A DNA stretch of 64,000 nt, taken from Chloroflexota bacterium (GTDB lineage Bacteria; Chloroflexota; Dehalococcoidia; SHYB01). Under the pieces are notes generated by a model that saw only the letters and a program-made list of their open reading frames with translations, ran no database searches and was not told the origin of the DNA. The stretch lies in the NCBI GenBank assembly GCA_022572465.1, contig JACZVV010000001.1, positions 2,749 through 66,748 of the forward strand. Direction: 5' to 3'. Below are positions 57,948-64,000 of the stretch, one piece after another (position 1 is the stretch's first letter; each line of letters opens with the position of its first letter). The position numbers and the translations under genes are program-made.

Positions 57948-58427
57948 GTGCGCGCGCTGCTCCAGCGGGTGTCCAGAGCCTCGGTGCGTGTCGGCGATGA
58001 GCCCGTTGGAGCGATCGGACCCGGCATCGTGGCGTTGGTCGGCATCGCCCGGGGCGATTCGGAAGCCGACGCGCGGTACCTGGTCGAAAAAACGGTCAAT
58101 CTCCGCATCTTTCCCGATGACGAAGGGCGGTTCGACCGCTCGGCTCTCGATGTGGGCGCCGACCTGCTGCTCGTCAGCCAGTTCACTCTCCATGCCGACA
58201 CCCGCAAGGGCAGGCGCCCCAGCTTCACCGCCGCCGCCGGGCCCGAAGAGGCCCAGCGGCTCTTCGAACGCCTCGTGAGCCTGGCCGCGGAGACCGGTCT
58301 CCGCGTCGAGACCGGCCGCTTTCAGCAACACATGCTGGTGGAAATCCACAACGACGGTCCCGTGACCCTCATGCTCGATAGCGACGACCGGCATCGGTCC
58401 CGCTCCGGCGGGGCCAAAGCGCCGTAG
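57948..58427 (+). CDS. dtd: D-aminoacyl-tRNA deacylase
   Basis: LLQRV, VSQFTL, KGRRPSF and NDGPVT motifs. Confidence 0.96.
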   Translation: MRALLQRVSRASVRVGDEPVGAIGPGIVALVGIARGDSEADARYLVEKTVNLRIFPDDEGRFDRSALDVGADLLLVSQFTLHADTRKGRRPSFTAAAGPEEAQRLFERLVSLAAETGLRVETGRFQQHMLVEIHNDGPVTLMLDSDDRHRSRSGGAKAP

Positions 58428-58921
58428 CCTTCCGCCGTCCCTCGCCCCGCTGTTGCTCGCCCCTCCGCGCGCTGCATCTCCGTGCCTCTCCGCGCCATCG
58501 GCCGCCGGCATCCTCGCCCTAGACTCCGCGGGCTAGCCACGCTATGCAGCCGCGTCATTACACGCACATGGCCGCCGTCCGACACCATGTCGACAGGTTC
58601 GCATAGCCCTCGGCTCGCCGGCGAGTCCGCGGTTTCCAACGTCGATCGGCGGCCTCTCTCCATCCATCCTCGCCGTTTCGGGCTAGCCCTCCATCTCACC
58701 CCACAAATCACTCTAAAGGGCGATTCGCGGCAATGCCGCATCAGCAATACTGGTTTTAGACGCATTCAAAACAATTATTTACCATTGGCCAAAACCGAAT
58801 GAAAGTGCGTCTTACGGTCCCGGCGGAAAGCGGAGGAACGCCGACGATCGCTGGCCCGCACGAAATCAAGACAGACCGGCGCGGGCCACGGGCTGACGGG
58901 GCGGAGATGAGGAGACAGACG

Positions 58922-60190
58922 GTGAAAGAATCAAGCTCGCGCCGTGCCAGGCTGTCGTTCGTGGCCACCACGTTGGGGCCGCCTATCGGCATCGGACTCG
59001 TCATCGCTCTGTGGGCGGCCGTTGCGCTGGGCCTTCACCTGGGCGCCGTCCAGGGCAACCCGGGCGTCCGCATCGGCGAGAACTTCGTACTCCACGTGGC
59101 CGCGCTGGCCGCCGGTTTGGCGGGACTGGTTCTCGTGAAGGCTCTGACGCCCCAACGGTCCCGCGGCTTGACGGCCTCAGGCAAGGCCCGAGTGGGCAAC
59201 CTGGCTGGATTCGGCGCCGCTGGCCTGGCCGCGGGGGCCGCCTGGCACCTGCTGGCCCGGTGGTCCGGCTTCGCGGCCCTCGCCGATTCCACGGCCCAAC
59301 AGGCCGCGCAGATCGCCATCGTGTCCGTGTCCGCGATGACCGCTGGCCTCCTGATCCAGCACTACCGTACCGTGATGGCGCGGGTCCGGTCCCAACACGA
59401 AATCCTCCGGAAGCAGGTCCGAGAGTTGGAGCGGTCCCGGGCGGCGCTAACCGAGAGTGAAGAGCGAATGCGCCGCGAGATCGCCGATCTTTTGCACGGG
59501 CCCGTTCAGAGCCGCCTGCTCATCATCTGGCACCGAATGGCCGACTGCCAGGAGCTCATCGAAAACGAGCCCCAGCGAGCCGCCGCGATTCTCGCCGCCG
59601 CCCGCGACGACATCGATCGCCTTCGAGAGCAGGAGGTGCGTCAGGCGAGCCATCTCCTCCATCCGGAGGCCATCGGCGCCGGACTGGTCGAGGCGGTGCG
59701 TGCCCTGTTGACGCGGGTCCAGGACCGCGCCAAGATCAGGATCATGGTCGACCCGAAGCTGGCCAAACTGGACGCCCCGACGTCGAACCGGCTCCCGGCG
59801 AAGGTCCGCCTCATCGCCTTTCGGGTGATCGAAGAGAGCCTGAACAACATCTGGCGCCACGCCGACGCCGATACGATCGACGTCACCCTTGCCGTCACAC
59901 CGGAAGACCAGCTCTACGTGATCGTGAAAGACAACGGACGAGGTTTCGACACCTCCACCATGCGGCCCGGCTTGGGACTGACCACCATCGCCGCGCGGGT
60001 CGCCCAGGTCGGCGGGGTTTGGCACATTGCCAGCGATCCGGGCTCGGGAACCGAGCTCGGCGTGTCCCTGCCCCTCTCCGCCGTCGACGAGAGGGTGGTG
60101 GAGTCCGCCGCCGAAGCCCCGGACTCGCCTCCTTCGAGCGGCTCGGCTGGCAGCGACGCCAACGCTCAAAAGTCCGGCTCTGCGGCCTGA
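58922..60190 (+). CDS. Membrane sensor histidine kinase (HisKA_3/NarX-like)
   Basis: Four transmembrane segments; EIADLLHG, EESLNN..RHA, DNGRGF and GLGL motifs; start uncertain. Confidence 0.88.
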   Translation: MKESSSRRARLSFVATTLGPPIGIGLVIALWAAVALGLHLGAVQGNPGVRIGENFVLHVAALAAGLAGLVLVKALTPQRSRGLTASGKARVGNLAGFGAAGLAAGAAWHLLARWSGFAALADSTAQQAAQIAIVSVSAMTAGLLIQHYRTVMARVRSQHEILRKQVRELERSRAALTESEERMRREIADLLHGPVQSRLLIIWHRMADCQELIENEPQRAAAILAAARDDIDRLREQEVRQASHLLHPEAIGAGLVEAVRALLTRVQDRAKIRIMVDPKLAKLDAPTSNRLPAKVRLIAFRVIEESLNNIWRHADADTIDVTLAVTPEDQLYVIVKDNGRGFDTSTMRPGLGLTTIAARVAQVGGVWHIASDPGSGTELGVSLPLSAVDERVVESAAEAPDSPPSSGSAGSDANAQKSGSAA

Positions 60191-60208
60191 TCCGCGCCAG
60201 GTGAGCTG

Positions 60209-60631
60209 TCAGGCCCTGCGCGCGATCCTCGACTCCGACCAGTGCTGGTCCAGCAGATCGAGGACCCGCTCCGCTCTCAAGTCCGCCTTGAACAAGCACC
60301 CGATGGCGCCGACCTCCCGCGCCGAGCTCTCGAGGTTCGAGCCCCCCTCGGCGGTCATCAGCAAGACTCGAAGCCACGGATACGACCGCGCTATCCGTCG
60401 CGCAACGTCGAAGCCGCTCAGGCCCGGCATGTTCACGTCCATCAGCACCGCGTTCGCATTCAGGCGCGGCAAGCGGTCCAGGGCCTCCTCGCCGGACGCG
60501 GCCAGACTGGCAACGCGAATCCGTGGATGCCCGGCGAGCAGCTCCTGGGTCAGGTGCAGGAAGTCCGGCTCGTCGTCCACGGCCAGGAGCGTCCAGATCT
60601 TTGCGTTCGGCAGGGAGAGAGTGCTTGCCAT
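60209..60631 (-). CDS. Single-domain response regulator (receiver only)
   Basis: AVDDE, LMDVNMPG, LMT and K motifs; no output domain. Confidence 0.88.
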   Translation of the reverse strand: MASTLSLPNAKIWTLLAVDDEPDFLHLTQELLAGHPRIRVASLAASGEEALDRLPRLNANAVLMDVNMPGLSGFDVARRIARSYPWLRVLLMTAEGGSNLESSAREVGAIGCLFKADLRAERVLDLLDQHWSESRIARRA

Positions 60632-60731
60632 TGGATCCCGGGTCCTCCAGCAGGACGCCTATGCATTGCACTCCACGCTATCAAGCCTCGTCGTCGTCGC
60701 ATAGCGGGCCACTCCGCACCCGCCGGTGGGC

Positions 60732-60768
60732 ATATCCCGCATCCCCCCTGGAATATCCCGCATCCCCC
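60732..60768. repeat. 16-bp direct repeat with 21-bp period, possible regulator binding site
   Basis: ATATCCCGCATCCCCC at 60732-60747 and 60753-60768. Confidence 0.7.
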
Positions 60769-61189
60769 TATGAGGCTCACCCCCCACTCCGCGATGGCCG
60801 ATCGGCGCTTTTCACCCACTTTCTGAAGCCGCAGCCTCCTCGCCGCAAGCGCGCCACCAAACCCGCGTGGGGCGTTCCACCAAATCCCCCTGCGTGGCCG
60901 GGCCCATAGCCGCCTGCTGGTTGGCCAACCTCGGCGCGACGGCGATGGGCCCGGCCACGCCGCCGGCCCGTCCATAGCCTCGCATGCGGGCGGCCCCTCC
61001 GCCCTCGCCACCATTTACAAACGTGCTTGCGGGCTAATGCGTGCAGGTCACGTGGGGCAACGCCCCGTCGCTACGGTATCGTCGTGATGTCGGCGGACAA
61101 GGACCGGCCCGCTCTCCAACCGCTCGCGGGGAGCGAATCCAACAACCGTCAACGTCGCGGCGACACGACATCACTCGGAGACAACGGCG

Positions 61190-61807
61190 ATGACCAAATT
61201 CTTCAAGCGCATCCGGGCCCTGGTGAAGGAAAGCCGAGGCTTCACCCTCATCGAGATGATGACCGTCATGGGCATCCTATCGGTGCTCTCCGCCATCACC
61301 TTTCCCGCGGTCACGGGGACCACCTCGTTCAGCAGGGCAACGACGCAGACCGTGGACCTGACCTCGGCCCAGCAATCGGTCGACCGTTTTATCAGCGACA
61401 CCGGCAGCTTCTTTCCCACCCTGGCTTCGTTGGCAGGGACCACCAGCGCCTGGCAAGCCGGTGAGCTCCCGGAGGCAGCGCCCATCGGCGGCGACGGGTC
61501 CACCGTCGAATTAGCCATGCTCTTCACCCAGGAAGGCATCGCCGGGTTCGATTTCAGCGCCACCTTCGAGAGCGGCTCGACCGTCAACCCCTTCATCGGC
61601 AGCTATCTCAGAGACCGGCCCAAGCACGACGACGAAGTGGTCACGCTCGATGCGGGCGAGGAGTCTCCGACAATCCGGGTCAACAAGCGAGGCGAGAACG
61701 TCTACGTCAAACTGAAGAACACCACCGCAGCCCCCCTATCATTTCTCCTGTGGGGACTCGATTCCAGCGGCGGCGTCTGGGTCTTTGTGGACCGAGACTT
61801 CTACTAA
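61190..61807 (+). CDS. Type IV pilin/pseudopilin-like protein
   Basis: Class III signal peptide SRG|FTLIEMMTVMGILSVL with Glu at +5. Confidence 0.88.
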   Translation: MTKFFKRIRALVKESRGFTLIEMMTVMGILSVLSAITFPAVTGTTSFSRATTQTVDLTSAQQSVDRFISDTGSFFPTLASLAGTTSAWQAGELPEAAPIGGDGSTVELAMLFTQEGIAGFDFSATFESGSTVNPFIGSYLRDRPKHDDEVVTLDAGEESPTIRVNKRGENVYVKLKNTTAAPLSFLLWGLDSSGGVWVFVDRDFY

Positions 61808-61837
61808 CCGATTACTCCCGCGGCATTTCCCGTACAG

Positions 61838-61881
61838 CCGGGGAGACCTCTCTCGCCCTTGAGGTCTCCCCGGTGCTTTTT
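61838..61881 (+). terminator. Intrinsic terminator
   Basis: CCGGGGAGACCTC-10nt loop-GAGGTCTCCCCGG followed by TGCTTTTT. Confidence 0.8.
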
Positions 61882-61930
61882 AGCCCTCGCCGGTCGGCCC
61901 AACGTCGCCTGAAGATGTCGCGCACCGCGG

Positions 61931-62740
61931 TTACTGGAACAACGACCAATCGCCCTTGTCGTCGCGGGTCCAACCGCTGCTGGCCCAGGTCCCGCCGTCG
62001 ACGCTGATGGTGATGCCGGTGGTCCACGCCCCTAGATCAGAGCACAGGTAGACGCAGGCGCCCGCCACGTCCTCCACGGAGCCGATGCGCCCCAGGGGAA
62101 TGCCGCGCAACACGCCTTGGATGCGCTCGGGGGTCATCGACGGCATCGTGTGGGGCGTGCCGATGAAGTCGGGCGCGATGGCGTTGACGCGAATGCCGTG
62201 GTCCGCCAGCTCCAGGGCCATCGATCGCGTGAAGTTGAGCATCCCGGCCTTGCAGGCGGCGTAGACCGAGTACATCGGCGCGGCCCGCAGGCCCTCGATG
62301 CTCGAGATGTTGACGATGGAGCCCTGGCGCTTGCCGTCGATCATCGCCCGGACCGCGGCATCGGTGCAGTTGAACAGACCCATCAGATTCAGGTCGATGT
62401 GCTTCCGCCAGCCGGCCTCTCCCATATCCAGAAAGGCCATGTGCCGCGTGCCGCCGGCGTTGTTCACCAGGATGTCCACGCCTCCCAGCTCGTCGACGGT
62501 GCGCGCCACCATCGCCTTCACCTGCTCGAAGTCGCGAATGTCCGTCGTCATCGCCTCGCCCCTTCGCCCCACCGCGCGGACCTCCTCGGCCACCTGCTCA
62601 CCGGCGATCTGATTGCGGTCCGCGATGACCACGTCGGCGCCGAACCTGGCAAAGGTCAGGGCGATGCCCTTGCCGATGCCGTCACCGCCGCCGGTGACGA
62701 TGGCGACCTTGTCCTTCAACATTGGGCTGGATGCGTCCAT
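61931..62740 (-). CDS. Short-chain dehydrogenase/reductase
   Basis: TGGGDGIG, NNAGG and YAACK motifs. Confidence 0.92.
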   Translation of the reverse strand: MDASSPMLKDKVAIVTGGGDGIGKGIALTFARFGADVVIADRNQIAGEQVAEEVRAVGRRGEAMTTDIRDFEQVKAMVARTVDELGGVDILVNNAGGTRHMAFLDMGEAGWRKHIDLNLMGLFNCTDAAVRAMIDGKRQGSIVNISSIEGLRAAPMYSVYAACKAGMLNFTRSMALELADHGIRVNAIAPDFIGTPHTMPSMTPERIQGVLRGIPLGRIGSVEDVAGACVYLCSDLGAWTTGITISVDGGTWASSGWTRDDKGDWSLFQ

Positions 62741-62783
62741 CGGCTCGGCTCCTATGCTGCAGATGCGGAGGTGACGTCCGCTT

Positions 62784-64000
62784 CTATCCAGGCCAGGTGA
62801 TCACGCCGGCCCGCTTCAGCCGCTCCGTCTCCTCGCCGGCATACCCCAGCTCGTCCATGATCCTCTGGGTGTGCTGGCCCAGCAGCGGCGGCGGGCCGAA
62901 GATTCGACCCGGCGTCTCCGAGAAGTGGACCAGATGGCCGAACTGGCGCATCTTGCCATACTCGGGATGCTCATACTCCACGACCAGGCCGTTCTTGACG
63001 TTGTCGGCGTCGGTGAACCAGTCCTGGCCGGCATCCGGGTCGGAGATCTCACAGGGCACGCCGGCGGAATCCAGCGCGTCGAACCACGCCTGGGCCGTCC
63101 TGCCGGCGAACGCCGCTTCCAACACGCTCGTCAGCTGCTTGGCGTGGCCGCCTCGGGCCTCGGCGGTTGCGAACCGTTCATCGCCCGCCAGCTCGTCCTT
63201 GCCGATGGCGCGGCATAGGGCCTGCCAATGCTCCTGGTTGAAGCACGCGATGGCGATCCAGCCGTCGCTCGTCTGGTACAAGCGATACAGCGGACCCAGG
63301 CCCGTCTGGGAGGCGTTCAACCGCGGCCGCTGGAACGGCCCATCGGGCCCAATGTACACGTCCGAGTTGTAGTAGACGCCACAGTTCAGCAGGCTCGTAT
63401 CCACGAACTGGCCCTTGCCCGTCTTCTCGCGGTAGTAGAGCGCCAGCAGGACGCCGATGACCGATTGAAAGGCATTGCCCGTATCGCACATGCCGAAGCG
63501 GTACCACACCGGTGGGTTGCCCTCGCCGCCCGACTCGTGCTCGCAACCGCACATCGCCTGGAAAAGCTGGTCGAAACCTGGCCACGACGACATCGGTCCG
63601 GTGATGCCATAGGCCGGTGTGTGGCAATAGATCACGGCGGCGTTGAGATTCCGGGCCGTCTGGTAGTCGATCCCCAGCCGCTCCGCCACGCCTGGCCGGA
63701 AGTTGTGGTGAATCACGTCGGCCTGGCGCATCAGGCGGTGGGCGATCTCGCGCCCTTCTGGCTCCTTCAGATTGACGGCGATGTCCCGCTTGCCCCGCTG
63801 ACATCCGTGGAAGGGCATGCCGTTCATCCGCATCTGGTCGCCTTCGGTGGACTCCAGCTTGATCACGTCGGCGCCAAGATCGCTCAGGATCATCGGGCCG
63901 AAGGGCCCCGCCAGGAAGTTCCCGAAGTCCAAGACTCGTACGCCCGCCAGGGCGTGCTCGACGCCACGGCCGCCACCGCGTCGCGGCCTGCGGGACGCCG
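62784..64000 (-). CDS. CaiB/BaiF CoA-transferase; 5' part lies beyond the window
   Basis: The frame stays open to the window edge (HALAGVRVLDFGNFLAGP); DLGADVIKLE, HNFRPGV and PPLLGQHT motifs. Confidence 0.9.
   Translation of the reverse strand, partial: ASRRPRRGGGRGVEHALAGVRVLDFGNFLAGPFGPMILSDLGADVIKLESTEGDQMRMNGMPFHGCQRGKRDIAVNLKEPEGREIAHRLMRQADVIHHNFRPGVAERLGIDYQTARNLNAAVIYCHTPAYGITGPMSSWPGFDQLFQAMCGCEHESGGEGNPPVWYRFGMCDTGNAFQSVIGVLLALYYREKTGKGQFVDTSLLNCGVYYNSDVYIGPDGPFQRPRLNASQTGLGPLYRLYQTSDGWIAIACFNQEHWQALCRAIGKDELAGDERFATAEARGGHAKQLTSVLEAAFAGRTAQAWFDALDSAGVPCEISDPDAGQDWFTDADNVKNGLVVEYEHPEYGKMRQFGHLVHFSETPGRIFGPPPLLGQHTQRIMDELGYAGEETERLKRAGVITWPG

Noticed and set aside
58500..58690. Recurring CATCCTCGCC and GGGCTAGCC words upstream of the kinase
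   Set aside because: Short, GC-rich and irregularly spaced; compatible with chance.

Overview
GC-rich bacterial chromosome segment. The gene content (many paralogous amidohydrolases, luciferase-like oxidoreductases, CaiB/BaiF CoA-transferases, thiolase/DUF35 pairs and SDRs) suggests Chloroflexota, probably Dehalococcoidia/SAR202-like; this is inference, not tested. From left to right: a glutaredoxin-thioredoxin reductase fusion; a minus-strand cluster of a Tes/GDGT-MAS-like (COG1964) radical SAM gene, SRPBCC protein, methyltransferase, decayed TetR/methyltransferase and MMPL transporter; a pentose-phosphate operon (tkt, tal-pgi, gnd, zwf, pgl) ending in a GH15 hydrolase; and a redoxin gene that the ORF track splits at an in-frame TGA followed by a SECIS-like hairpin, so probably a selenoprotein. 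A ~16 kb decayed, composite island lies between tRNA-Val(CAC) and a 45-bp copy of its 3' end. It carries catabolic genes, a MerB-like gene, an orphan 5' half of tRNA-Ser(TGA), two integrase remnants, a split DUF1524-Excalibur gene and a BrnT-like toxin frameshifted by a 22-bp duplication. The rest is mostly housekeeping (isocitrate lyase family, nadAB, miaB, tRNAs, mazG, yceD-rpmF-fabD-fabG-nusB-acpP, dtd), plus a perfect CIRCE upstream of a non-chaperone gene, a two-component pair and a type IV pilin-like gene. All calls come from motif recognition by eye; no database search was run.
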